32,000 nt of DNA from Planctomycetaceae bacterium (GTDB lineage Bacteria; Planctomycetota; Phycisphaerae; Tepidisphaerales; Tepidisphaeraceae), in assembly GCA_027487775.1 (NCBI GenBank), contig JAIYCY010000025.1, positions 179,692-211,691 on the forward strand, in the 5' to 3' direction. Within the stretch, counting starts at the first letter, position 1; the number at the start of each line of letters is the position of its first letter. The notes under the pieces were generated by a model, which saw only the letters and a list, made by a program, of their open reading frames with translations, was not told the DNA's origin and did no database searches. Below, one piece after another: positions 1 to 8,520 of the stretch. The translations under genes and the position numbers were made by a program.

Positions 1-453
1 CAATCGTACCTTCAGTACCGGATCGCTTTCGTTTCGTTTCGCGAGTTCGTCCAATACAAATCTCACATCACCCACCCGAAGCAGCAGATTCTCCCCGCTC
101 GCAGCCCGCCGCATCGCAGTCATTCGTTCCCGCAATGGCACGTCACGCCAAACCGAGTCGTCGCTGCCCACATGCTGCATCGCCACCACCGCAAACCCCG
201 CCTCCGACCAATGCTTGCCCAGGAATGACATGGCGTTGCGTGTCCCGCCCAGCCCATGCGACACCAGAATCACCGCCGCCGGCTCTCGCGACGCGGGCAG
301 ATACACCCGCACCGGCACCACGCGATCCCGCTCGGCATCGACGAACTCCATCAACTCATCCGCGCTCGCATCCTCACGCGTCGTCGCGTCCACACGATGC
401 GCCATCACGCCCAAAAGCCCGCAGGCCAGAACGATCAGAACGACACGACGCAT
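1..453 (-). CDS. Partial (C-terminus outside the window) secreted alpha/beta hydrolase, PAF-acetylhydrolase / dienelactone-hydrolase-like
   Basis: Missing from the ORF track because its stop lies beyond the window edge. Reverse-strand translation from the ATG at 453 reads MRRVVLIVLACGLLGVMAHRVDATTREDASADELMEFVDAERDRVVPVRVYLPASREPAAVILVSHGLGGTRNAMSFLGKHWSEAGFAVVAMQHVGSDDSVW... and stays open to position 1. It has a signal peptide (possible lipobox VLAC) and the SHGLGGxR...GFxVxAxxH block typical of PAF-AH-type hydrolases. An alternative in-frame ATG lies at 552. Confidence 0.6.
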   Translation of the reverse strand, partial: MRRVVLIVLACGLLGVMAHRVDATTREDASADELMEFVDAERDRVVPVRVYLPASREPAAVILVSHGLGGTRNAMSFLGKHWSEAGFAVVAMQHVGSDDSVWRDVPLRERMTAMRRAASGENLLLRVGDVRFVLDELAKRNESDPVLKVRL

Positions 454-575
454 TTCAACAGCCGGGCCGCCCGCCGCTCGACCCAAAACCAGCGCCAATC
501 GATCGACCGACGAGAAAATTCCTGCCCAACAGGCTGATGCGATGAATTTCATACCCCTATATCGCTCATCCCACC

Positions 576-597
576 AAAATCATTTCGTGGAAATGAT
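576..597 (-). terminator. Weak hairpin plus short T-run downstream of lutA (possible terminator, or an operator for the hydrolase gene)
   Basis: Perfect 8-bp inverted repeat ATCATTTC (579-586) / GAAATGAT (590-597) with a 3-nt loop. On the minus strand it is followed by TTTGG. It lies about 45 nt after the lutA stop. The stem is AT-rich, so the structure is weak. Confidence 0.3.
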
Positions 598-641
598 CCG
601 AGTGATCAGGTGATCGGCTCATCGGAGTCGTCCGCCTGTGT

Positions 642-1394
642 TCAAGCGTCCCGAATCCCCATTGCCTCCGCGAGGATCTCGGCGATGTGCCTCACCTTCG
701 TCTTCACGCCGTGCCGATTGCACATGCCGGAGATATTCATCGAGCATCCCGCATCATTACACACGGTCACCCCCGCGCCGGTCTTCTCGATGCACTTGAT
801 CTTGTCTTCCACGATCGCCCCGCTGATCTGCGGATATTTGATTGCAAATGTCCCGCCAAATCCGCAGCACTGCTCGCTCTTTTCCAGTTCAACGAACTTC
901 ACACCTCCAAGCGACTTGAGCATCTCCTTCCCCTCATCCTTCAGCCCCAGCCCGCGCAGGTGGCAGGTGTAGTGATACGTAAACTCACCCGCCGCCGACG
1001 CAGGCACCGCCAGCTTTGACGCGTCAAACTTCTCGACCTTGGTCAGAAACTCGACGAACTCATACGTCCGCGATCGCACCTTCTCCATCCGTTCGCCCCA
1101 GACCGGATCGCCGTGTAGAAGCTCATGAAACTGTTCGCGGACCATGGCACAGCACGACCCGGAGGGCGTGACGATCCAGTCGTATGCCTCGAAGACTTCG
1201 ATGAACTTCTTTGCGAGCTCTTTCGACTCCGCCATGTAGCCGTTGTTGAAGAACGGCTGCCCGCAGCACGTCTGGGCTTCGGGGAACTCCACCCGATGCC
1301 CCAGCTTCTCGAGGATGCGGACCACGGCCCATCCGACCCGTGGATAGTACTGGTCGGTCAGACACGTCACGAATAAGGCAATCGTCTTGGCCAT
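642..1394 (-). CDS. lutA: LutA/YkgE-family (Fe-S)-binding CCG-domain protein (lactate-utilisation protein A-like)
   Basis: 250-aa ORF. It is collinear with my recollection of B. subtilis LutA: MAKTIALFVTCLTDQ..., CCGQP, PSGSCC, and a second CCG motif CCGFGGTF. Two cysteine-rich CCG domains are present. Confidence 0.85.
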   Translation of the reverse strand: MAKTIALFVTCLTDQYYPRVGWAVVRILEKLGHRVEFPEAQTCCGQPFFNNGYMAESKELAKKFIEVFEAYDWIVTPSGSCCAMVREQFHELLHGDPVWGERMEKVRSRTYEFVEFLTKVEKFDASKLAVPASAAGEFTYHYTCHLRGLGLKDEGKEMLKSLGGVKFVELEKSEQCCGFGGTFAIKYPQISGAIVEDKIKCIEKTGAGVTVCNDAGCSMNISGMCNRHGVKTKVRHIAEILAEAMGIRDA

Positions 1395-1530
1395 GATGAA
1401 AGTTTCACAAGACTATTCACCCACAAGTCATCGGACAACTTTCTGCCCGCCCAATTGAAAAGATTGCTCGACCCAGTGGCGGTCGCTGCGTCATTTGCCA
1501 ATCCGCTTCCCGCATGGTGACATTCCACAC

Positions 1531-2814
1531 ATGGTACCCACCACCAACCGCCTCGCCGCCAACGGACACGCACCCGCGAAGTTCTGGCAGAATGCCACCA
1601 CCTATTTCAATCGCGTCTTTGATGAACTTCAGCTCGACAACAACTGGCGAAGCCTGCTGGCAACGCCCAAGCGCATCCTCACCGTCAGTTGCCCCATCAG
1701 ACTCGACGACGGTCGCATCCAAACCTTCACCGGCTACCGCGTTCAACACAACAACGCGCTGGGCCCGTTCAAGGGTGGTATCCGCTACGACCTTGCCGTG
1801 GATCAAAACGAAGTGATGGCGCTCGCGATGCTGCAAACCTGGAAAAACGCACTCGTCGGCCTTCCCTACGGCGGAGCCAAGGGCGGCGTCGTCTGCGATC
1901 CCAAGACCCTCAGCCTCGCGGAGAAAGAACGTCTCACGCGCCGATACACCAGCGAAGTCATGCCGATCATCGGCCCGGAAAAGGACATCCCCGCCCCCGA
2001 CGCAGGTACTGATTCACAGGTCATGGCATGGCTCCTCGACACCTACAGCATGATGGTCGGCCATCAGGAACTCGCGGTCGTCACCGGGAAACCCGTCAGC
2101 CTCGGCGGAAGCGTCGGACGCGAGGAGGCCACCGGTCGAGGCGTCATGTACGTTCTGGCCAGGTTTCTCTCCACCGTCCATAAGTCGATCTCCGACGTGA
2201 CGGTCGCCGTCCAGGGTTTTGGTAACGTCGGCTATCACGCCGCCCGACTCATCGCAGAACGCGGCGCTCGCATCGTCGCGATCTCCGACCGCTTCGGCGG
2301 AATCTACAACGACCAGGGCATCGACATCGAAGCCGCAGGTCGTTGGATCCGCGAAACCGGAAAGCTCTCCGGATTCTCCGACGGTGACGAAATCACCAAC
2401 GAAGAACTTCTCACCTGCGACTGCGACGTCCTCGTCCCAGCCGCCATGGAAAACACCGTCACCGAAGACTTCGCACCCCACATCAAGGCCAAACTGATCG
2501 TCGAAGCCGCCAACGGTCCCACGACGCCCGAAGCAGACCGCATCTTGGCAGACAACGGCGTGACCATCCTCCCCGACATCCTCGCCAACGCCGGCGGGGT
2601 CACCGTCAGCTATTTCGAATGGGTCCAGGGCCTCGACAACTACTTCTGGGACAAACCACGCGTCGATTCCGAATTGCAAAAGATCATGGAACGCGCCTTC
2701 GAACAGGTCGACACCATCGCCAACGAACGCGACTGCGACTACCGCACCGCCGCCTACGGTCTCGGCATCGGCCGCGTCGCAGAAGCCCTACGTCTCAAGG
2801 GCCTCTTTCCGTGA
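1531..2814 (+). CDS. gdhA: NAD(P)-dependent glutamate dehydrogenase (Glu/Leu/Phe/Val dehydrogenase family)
   Basis: Contains GYRVQHNNALGPFKGGIRY, the catalytic-Lys region GGAKGG, and the Rossmann motif VQGFGNVG. I prefer the ATG at 1531 (MVPTTNRL...) over the TTG at 1495 used by the track. Confidence 0.9.
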   Translation: MVPTTNRLAANGHAPAKFWQNATTYFNRVFDELQLDNNWRSLLATPKRILTVSCPIRLDDGRIQTFTGYRVQHNNALGPFKGGIRYDLAVDQNEVMALAMLQTWKNALVGLPYGGAKGGVVCDPKTLSLAEKERLTRRYTSEVMPIIGPEKDIPAPDAGTDSQVMAWLLDTYSMMVGHQELAVVTGKPVSLGGSVGREEATGRGVMYVLARFLSTVHKSISDVTVAVQGFGNVGYHAARLIAERGARIVAISDRFGGIYNDQGIDIEAAGRWIRETGKLSGFSDGDEITNEELLTCDCDVLVPAAMENTVTEDFAPHIKAKLIVEAANGPTTPEADRILADNGVTILPDILANAGGVTVSYFEWVQGLDNYFWDKPRVDSELQKIMERAFEQVDTIANERDCDYRTAAYGLGIGRVAEALRLKGLFP

Positions 2815-2859
2815 TCGATCGACCGTCCATCTGCGTGCGATGTCGGTTCGGCTCGTCGC

Positions 2860-2982
2860 TTACGACAGAAGGTTGTTTTCGTCTTCCACTTCATCGCGTG
2901 TGAACCGACCCGGCAACGAGATGTTGGCATCGGCGGGAAGATTCGAGCGGAAGATGTCGGTCGCCTCGGACGAGTAAAGCAT
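2860..2982 (-). CDS. Possible 40-aa hypothetical peptide
   Basis: MLYSSEATDIFRSNLPADANISLPGRFTRDEVEDENNLLS. This is the only part of the 241-aa track ORF (2860..3585) with protein-like composition and high GC3. GGAGAA sits directly before the ATG, which is too close for a good Shine-Dalgarno site. A 7-bp inverted repeat, CTCCGGA (2985-2991) / TCCGGAG (3009-3015), lies just upstream. Confidence 0.25.
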   Translation of the reverse strand: MLYSSEATDIFRSNLPADANISLPGRFTRDEVEDENNLLS

Positions 2983-3406
2983 TTCTCCGGACCGAACACA
3001 ATAAAATTTCCGGAGACAAGACAGCGCCGCCGGAGGGATGGTGCGCGAGTGGGCCGACTGTAGACCGCAGTGGTGTCGAATGCGTGCGCGAGCGTGTGGC
3101 CATGTGCGCGAATGTGCCCATCGAGCCGACCTAGACGGGTCGATCGTCGGACAGTTTAGGTATAGATGGTGTGAATGGCGGCGGTATGGGTGGACCAGAG
3201 ACGTGAATTTTGGATTGGGATCGATTTTGCGCTGCGCGCCTGTGGACGCATTCGCGCAGCGCGCGGGTTCGGTTAGAGGGAGTGCGGACTGGGCGCGTGC
3301 TCGGAGCAAGGCCGATGCGACCGGGCGGATCGATGAAATGAGTGGGTCAGGCGGAATGGGTGGAAGGGTTCGCCGAAGTCGTGGTGGATTTTGGGAAGCA
3401 CCGAGT

Positions 3407-3898
3407 TCAGGCGGCGGGTTCGGCTTCCATGAGGAGGTGGATGGAAGGGTCGAGGTCTTCGTCACCGCGTAGGATGACGGGTTCGACGGGCATGACAGGG
3501 GATTCGAGCAGGCCGAGACTGCACCAGCTACGTCCGTTGCGGATGCCGGTTTGGAAGAGGACAGCGTACCGACCGGGCGGTACATCGATGAGTTCGCTTT
3601 GGGCGATGGTGGAGAGTTCGACGAGTCCGCCCCATGTGATGAAGGGGATGACGATGGCGCGGTGAGCGTCCGTCTTGAGTGTGATTGCGGAGATCATTTC
3701 GACCGTGATATCGATTTCACCGCAGCGAAGTGGTGTGCGGAAGGAGACCGAACCGGGCCTCCATGAGAAGCCCTGAAGCAGATGATGCTCGGTCCAGTCG
3801 TTGAACGGGTCTTTCAGGTTCGCATCAAAGAGCGAGACCTGCGACCACGCCAGTTCGAGGCAGAACGTCGCGGAGGATTCCTGTTGACTCACACTCAT
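3407..3898 (-). CDS. ComJ/Nin-like protein (family of the Bacillus DNA-entry-nuclease inhibitor)
   Basis: From M39 of the track ORF: MSVSQQESSATFCLELAWSQVSLFDANLKDPFNDWTEHHLLQGFSWRPGSVSF...AIVIPFITWGGLVELSTIAQSELIDVPPGRYAVLFQTG. The pattern matches my recollection of B. subtilis ComJ (LSISYHQFTVF...DWTDEAIEKGY...GAISF...VTVPFHV...GIHIESI...FDLPKGDYQL). The start is chosen at ATG 3898. The upstream 38 codons are Arg/Cys-rich and look non-coding. Confidence 0.5.
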   Translation of the reverse strand: MSVSQQESSATFCLELAWSQVSLFDANLKDPFNDWTEHHLLQGFSWRPGSVSFRTPLRCGEIDITVEMISAITLKTDAHRAIVIPFITWGGLVELSTIAQSELIDVPPGRYAVLFQTGIRNGRSWCSLGLLESPVMPVEPVILRGDEDLDPSIHLLMEAEPAA

Positions 3899-4012
3899 GC
3901 AGCACATCTCCCACCCTGATGCCACACTGCGACGCTGGCATGCCGGCACTCGCCCGCATGAACGTCGCCGTCCGATCATCTCATCGGCTGGCATCTCCCT
4001 CTCACGCCACAA

Positions 4013-4341
4013 ATCATATCACGCGACAGCCCGAGAGGAAGAGAATTTTCACGGATTTTGATGGAACTCAAATCAGCAAAACGACTTAGATCACTCACAA
4101 TCACTTTAGAGGTGCACCAATTTCAATCGAATCGAAGATGCCTTCTGATGCAAACACATGACAGATAGCCATTTAACACGACCCCGTCATCTGGACGATA
4201 ACAACCAAAAGGACGCCATCAGGTCGGCATCCATGGAAAAACGCAATCAATTATATTCTCGGACTCATATCTAAACTACCCGATTTAACACGATCTCACG
4301 ACAATTCCGCGACCCCAAGACCACAGAAACCGACTTCGCCC
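4013..4341. promoter_or_regulatory. AT-rich divergent intergenic region between the ComJ-like gene and the wzm operon, presumably carrying promoters
   Basis: GC content is visibly much lower than the flanks. No ORF longer than about 35 codons. It contains an 11-bp direct repeat, ATTTAACACGA, at 4171-4181 and 4283-4293. I could not identify a convincing -35/-10 pair. Confidence 0.4.
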
Positions 4342-5226
4342 ATGACAACTGACGCCCCACAACCCGCCTATTCCGACCGCGACCGCGGGGCCGTCGTCAT
4401 TGAACCGCACCGCGGGTGGATCGGCGTGAACTGGAGCGAGATGCTGCGTTATCGCGAGCTGCTCTATTTCCTTGTCTGGCGCGATATCAAGGTCAAGTAC
4501 AAGCAGGCCTATCTCGGATTCACCTGGGCGATCTTTGTTCCGATGCTATCGGTGATCATCTATTCCGCGCTCGGCGGGGCTATCGGACTGCGCAAGTTTA
4601 TCGACGTCGACGCGATGCAGCTTCCTCCCTATCCGCTTTACATGTACTGCGGATTGATCCCCTGGCTTTTTCTCCAACGCGCGCTCAATGAGGGAGGAAA
4701 CTCGCTCGTCAGCCAGCAACCGCTGATGACTAAAGTCTATCTGCCAAGACTCTACCTCCCCACCAGTAGCATCGGAGGCGCACTTGTTGATATGGCGATC
4801 ATGGCTGGACTGCTCGTCGTGCTCGCGACCTTCTACTATTTCAAATCAGGTTTCATTCCAAGCTGGCAAATCGTCTTCGTCATTCCGCTCTTCATGCTCA
4901 CGCTGATCAGCGCCCTCGGCATCGCCTACACCTTCAGCGCCGCCATCGTCCTCTATCGCGATTTGCGCTTCCTGCTCCCCTTCTTTTCACAATTCGGACT
5001 TTGGCTAAGCGCCGTCGTCTTCCCGCCCGGCGTGCTTGCTGAATACAAAGACTACTTCGCACTCAATCCCGTCGCCGGCATCATCAGCGGCTATCGCTCG
5101 GCCATCCTCGGCCTCCCATGGGAATGGCCAATGCTCATCAGTTCCATCATCGTCAATCCGCTCTTGCTGATCTTCGGTCTTTACTATTTCAAACGCGTCG
5201 AACGGAGGTTTGCAGATATCGCCTGA
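4342..5226 (+). CDS. wzm: ABC-2 type polysaccharide export permease (Wzm/TagG/KpsM family)
   Basis: 294 aa. The N-terminal signature is IEPHRGWIGVNWSEMLRYRELLYFLVWRDIKVKYKQAYLGFTWAIFVPML, followed by about 6 hydrophobic segments. It sits immediately upstream of the cognate ATPase. Confidence 0.85.
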   Translation: MTTDAPQPAYSDRDRGAVVIEPHRGWIGVNWSEMLRYRELLYFLVWRDIKVKYKQAYLGFTWAIFVPMLSVIIYSALGGAIGLRKFIDVDAMQLPPYPLYMYCGLIPWLFLQRALNEGGNSLVSQQPLMTKVYLPRLYLPTSSIGGALVDMAIMAGLLVVLATFYYFKSGFIPSWQIVFVIPLFMLTLISALGIAYTFSAAIVLYRDLRFLLPFFSQFGLWLSAVVFPPGVLAEYKDYFALNPVAGIISGYRSAILGLPWEWPMLISSIIVNPLLLIFGLYYFKRVERRFADIA

Positions 5227-5269
5227 TGGATTCGTTGATCATTCCATCCGAGGTTCTGCAGTTGGTGCC

Positions 5270-6529
5270 ATGTCTGTCATTGAAGTCAACAACCTCTCGA
5301 AGGCCTACCGTATCGGCCTGAGCACGCCCGGCAAAATGGGCTTTAAGGACTTCGTGACCGAAGCCCTGCGAACTCCGCTGCGCAGGCTGCGCCGGTTGAA
5401 TGAAAACTATGACGACACGCAGGAAGATGTTTTCTGGGCACTTCGGGATGTCAACTTCAAGATCGAGCAAGGCGAATCGGTCGGCATCATCGGACGCAAC
5501 GGCGCGGGTAAGAGCACCGTCCTGAAGATACTCAGTCGAATCACCGAACCGACGCGCGGCCAGGCGATTCTTCGCGGTCGTGTCAGTTCACTGCTCGAAG
5601 TAGGCACAGGTTTTCATCCAGAACTCACCGGCCGGGAAAACATCTTTCTCAATGGCGCGATCCTCGGTATGGGCCGCGCCGAGATCAAACGCAAGTTCGA
5701 CGCGATCGTTGAGTTCAGCGAAATAGGAAAGTTTCTCGATACCCCCGTCAAGCGTTATAGCTCGGGCATGTATGTTCGGTTGGCATTCAGTGTCGCGGCG
5801 CATCTTGATCCCCAGATCATGATCGTCGACGAAGTGCTGGCGGTGGGTGATGCGGCATTTCAGAAAAAGTGTCTCGGGAAGATGAACGACGTGGTGAATC
5901 GTGAAGGTCGAACGATTCTGTTCGTCAGCCACTCCATGGACGCGGTGGCGGGCCTGTGCAAGAGCGCGATCTTATTCAAGCAGGGCCTTGCGAGTGAGAA
6001 GATGCCCACCGAGCAAGGTGTACGGATGTATCTCGAGCAGACGCTCGGCGAATCCGACAAGCCGCTCGCGGAGAAGCCGCGCACCCAGCACACGCCGCGC
6101 GACGCGATCTTCCATCACCTCGACATTCGTTCAGGCGGGCGTAGTACGACGATCCTTCCCACCGGCTCTGACATCGAATTCGAAATCGGTCTGCAGAACA
6201 CGTCCACCGATCCCGGCGAGCTCACCTGCGGCGTGGCGATCACCAATGAGAAGCTGCAGCGTGTCGCCTTCTTCCACACGCTCTATCACGCCGATCTCAC
6301 CTTCAAGGGCGCCGACTCACGCACGCTCCGCTGCCGCGTGCCGAGGCTCCCACTCACGCCCGGGAAGTACAACGTCGAACTCGTCGTCGCAGACGGCTTC
6401 AAGGTCCTCGAAAAAGTCGAACGCGCCGCCAGCATCGAAGTGATCTTCGCCGACCTTCTCGGCACGGGAAAACTCCCGCAATACCATCAGGGCGTCGTCG
6501 TGCTGCCCGCAGACTGGCAAGTCGTTTAG
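5270..6529 (+). CDS. wzt: Polysaccharide ABC exporter ATP-binding protein (Wzt/TagH family) with a C-terminal extension resembling the Wzt glycan-binding domain
   Basis: Start taken at MSVIEVNNLSKAYRIG (ATG 5270). Walker A GRNGAGKST, signature YSSGMYVRLAF, Walker B IMIVDEVLAVGD. About 170 extra C-terminal residues are predicted beta-rich (DIEFEIGLQN...CGVAITN...LTPGKYNVELVVADG...ASIEV). Confidence 0.85.
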   Translation: MSVIEVNNLSKAYRIGLSTPGKMGFKDFVTEALRTPLRRLRRLNENYDDTQEDVFWALRDVNFKIEQGESVGIIGRNGAGKSTVLKILSRITEPTRGQAILRGRVSSLLEVGTGFHPELTGRENIFLNGAILGMGRAEIKRKFDAIVEFSEIGKFLDTPVKRYSSGMYVRLAFSVAAHLDPQIMIVDEVLAVGDAAFQKKCLGKMNDVVNREGRTILFVSHSMDAVAGLCKSAILFKQGLASEKMPTEQGVRMYLEQTLGESDKPLAEKPRTQHTPRDAIFHHLDIRSGGRSTTILPTGSDIEFEIGLQNTSTDPGELTCGVAITNEKLQRVAFFHTLYHADLTFKGADSRTLRCRVPRLPLTPGKYNVELVVADGFKVLEKVERAASIEVIFADLLGTGKLPQYHQGVVVLPADWQVV

Positions 6530-6564
6530 CTCCATCATCAAATCGACCCGCAAACTCTTGCCCG

Positions 6565-8520
6565 ATGCCTCTGGTCAGCGTCATCATCCCCGTCCACAAC
6601 CGCGCCCACGAGATGTCGCCGGCGCTCGATGGACTTCTCGCGCAGACGTTCACCGACTTTGAAGTTCTCATCGTCGATGATCACTCCACCGATCACGCGC
6701 GCGATCTCGCAAGAGAATACGCCTCGCGTGACGAGCGATTCATCCCCGCCGATCTCCCCGACCCATCGCGTGGTGCGCCGGCTGCCCGTAACCTCGGCGT
6801 CGCTCGGTCGCGTGGCGATTTCATCATTTTTCTCGATTCCGACGACGCCCTTTCGCCTCATGCACTCGATGCACGCGTGCGATTCTTGCAATCACGTCCC
6901 GACCTCGATTTCTGCGTCAGCCGGACACAACTCTTTCGCGAACACGTCGGCGATGTCCCACAACTCTGGAATGCCGACACCGGCGACGACGATCTCATCC
7001 GTCTGCTTCGTGGTGACGTGCCGTGGCAAACGACCGGCCCGACGTGGCGACGCTCGACGCTCGATCGCATCATCCGCCCGGTTGATTCGCACGACCAACT
7101 CTGGGACGAGTCCGCCCACTCCGGACAAGACTGGGAATTCCACATCCGCGCATTGCTGAGCCGTCTCAAGTACGAACGACTCGACATCATCGATTCACAC
7201 TGGCGGACACACTCCAAGGGTCGATCCGCAATCGGCATCTCATCGCATCAAGTCGAACACGCAAGAGCCCGGCCGCAGCTACTTGAGAAGATCATCCGCA
7301 CGCTCAGCGCGCAAGCGCCTGAGCGAAAGTCCGATTGGGCCCCGCCCCTGGTCGCGTGCATCTGGGAGGCGGCCGAGCATCTTGCGCGTCAGGCCTCAAG
7401 CCGTGAAGCACAGGACGCATGGAAACTCGTTTCGACCTTCTCGCTCGCTTCGTCGCTCATACATCATGCGGGGCTTGTCTACTGGTCGAATCCAAAGTCA
7501 CGCCGCGCTGGCAGAAATCTGAAACTGATCGAATCGACCTGGCCCCACCCGCTCATGCCGCAGCGTGGTCGGTTCTACAACCGCGCGCCGATCTCGCCGG
7601 ATCATGTCCCCGAGCTTGCGATCGTGATGAGCGCCTACAACGTCGCGCCCTATGTCGAACAGGCAGTTCGCAGCATCCTGCAGCAGGGATTTCGTGACTT
7701 TAAGTTCATCATCATCGATGACGGATCGACCGACGACACCGGCACGATCCTCGAACGACTCGCTGCGAGCGACTGTCGGATTCAACTTGTGCGACGCGGT
7801 AACAAGGGCCTCACCGTCTCGCTCAACGAAGCGATCGCACTGACCCAAAGTCCCTTCATCGGACGCATGGACGGCGACGACATCGCCCGACCGGGCCGAC
7901 TGATGCAGCAGATGAAGTACCTGCGCGAGCATCCCGATTGTGTGTTGCTCGGCACGCGGGTGATGAACATCGATCCGTACGGCGTGCCGCTTTATGAGAG
8001 CAAGATGCTCGAGTCGCACGACGCCATCGATCGCGAATTGCTGATGGGTCGCGGCGGAAGCGTGGTGCATCCGACAGTCATCATGCGGCGTGACGCGCTG
8101 GAGCGTGTCGGCTTCTATCGCGAGGAATTCAACAACAGCGAAGACCTCGATCTCTTTCTTCGCCTGGCGGAAGTCGGACGCGTCCACAATCTGCCGGACA
8201 TCCTGCTTGACTACCGCCGACACCTTTCCAGCGTCAACTACACTCGCTTTGAGAATCAAAAGAAGATCAAACACGACATCATCGCCCAGGCCTTCGCACG
8301 TCGTGGAGTAGCGATGCCCGCGGACTGGAAGATGAGCGAATGGAAGCCCACCACCGGGGCCGAGCAGTTGCGCGAATGGGCATGGAACGCATTGAAGCAA
8401 CATCGCCCGCGCATCGCCCGCGAGCACGCCTTGGCCGCACTTCGCCTTCAACCGCTGCGACGATCGAGCTACACGTTGCTTCTTCGCGCGATCCGCATGA
8501 GTCGTCGAGGTGGAACATGA
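6565..8520 (+). CDS. Bifunctional-type glycosyltransferase with two family-2 (GT-A) modules
   Basis: Module 1: VSVIIPVHNRA...FEVLIVDDHSTD...FLDSDD. Module 2 begins near nt 7609: LAIVMSAYNVAPYVEQAVRSILQQGFRDFKFIIIDDGSTDDT...RMDGDDIA...EDLDLFLRL. Each module ends in a helical tail of about 50 aa. Confidence 0.85.
   Translation: MPLVSVIIPVHNRAHEMSPALDGLLAQTFTDFEVLIVDDHSTDHARDLAREYASRDERFIPADLPDPSRGAPAARNLGVARSRGDFIIFLDSDDALSPHALDARVRFLQSRPDLDFCVSRTQLFREHVGDVPQLWNADTGDDDLIRLLRGDVPWQTTGPTWRRSTLDRIIRPVDSHDQLWDESAHSGQDWEFHIRALLSRLKYERLDIIDSHWRTHSKGRSAIGISSHQVEHARARPQLLEKIIRTLSAQAPERKSDWAPPLVACIWEAAEHLARQASSREAQDAWKLVSTFSLASSLIHHAGLVYWSNPKSRRAGRNLKLIESTWPHPLMPQRGRFYNRAPISPDHVPELAIVMSAYNVAPYVEQAVRSILQQGFRDFKFIIIDDGSTDDTGTILERLAASDCRIQLVRRGNKGLTVSLNEAIALTQSPFIGRMDGDDIARPGRLMQQMKYLREHPDCVLLGTRVMNIDPYGVPLYESKMLESHDAIDRELLMGRGGSVVHPTVIMRRDALERVGFYREEFNNSEDLDLFLRLAEVGRVHNLPDILLDYRRHLSSVNYTRFENQKKIKHDIIAQAFARRGVAMPADWKMSEWKPTTGAEQLREWAWNALKQHRPRIAREHALAALRLQPLRRSSYTLLLRAIRMSRRGGT

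Noticed and set aside
135-613. Three overlapping plus-strand ORFs (136, 132 and 93 aa) at the left edge
   Set aside because: They are Pro/Arg/Ser/Thr-rich junk. They lie antisense to a well-formed minus-strand hydrolase frame that runs off the window edge, so they are shadow ORFs of a high-GC gene.
642-1394. lutA without adjacent lutB/lutC
   Set aside because: This is unusual relative to the Bacillus and E. coli operons. However, stand-alone CCG-domain proteins are common and the partners may be encoded elsewhere, so it is not informative within this window.
2014-2679. 221-aa minus-strand ORF inside gdhA, and similar long antisense ORFs elsewhere (7498-8451, 8681-9208, 13681-14445, 14512-15315, 26770-28593, 28630-29601, 29414-30310)
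   Set aside because: All lie antisense or out of frame to genes with strong family signatures. They have Gly/Asp/Val/Arg-rich low-information composition typical of GC-rich shadow frames.
2983-3585. Upstream part of the 241-aa minus ORF (2860..3585), which overlaps the ComJ-like gene
   Set aside because: Its composition (PPRLRRTLPPIPPDP..., HSRTWPHARARIRHH) is not protein-like, and it overlaps the better-supported ComJ-like frame. Only the last 40 codons were kept, as a low-confidence peptide.
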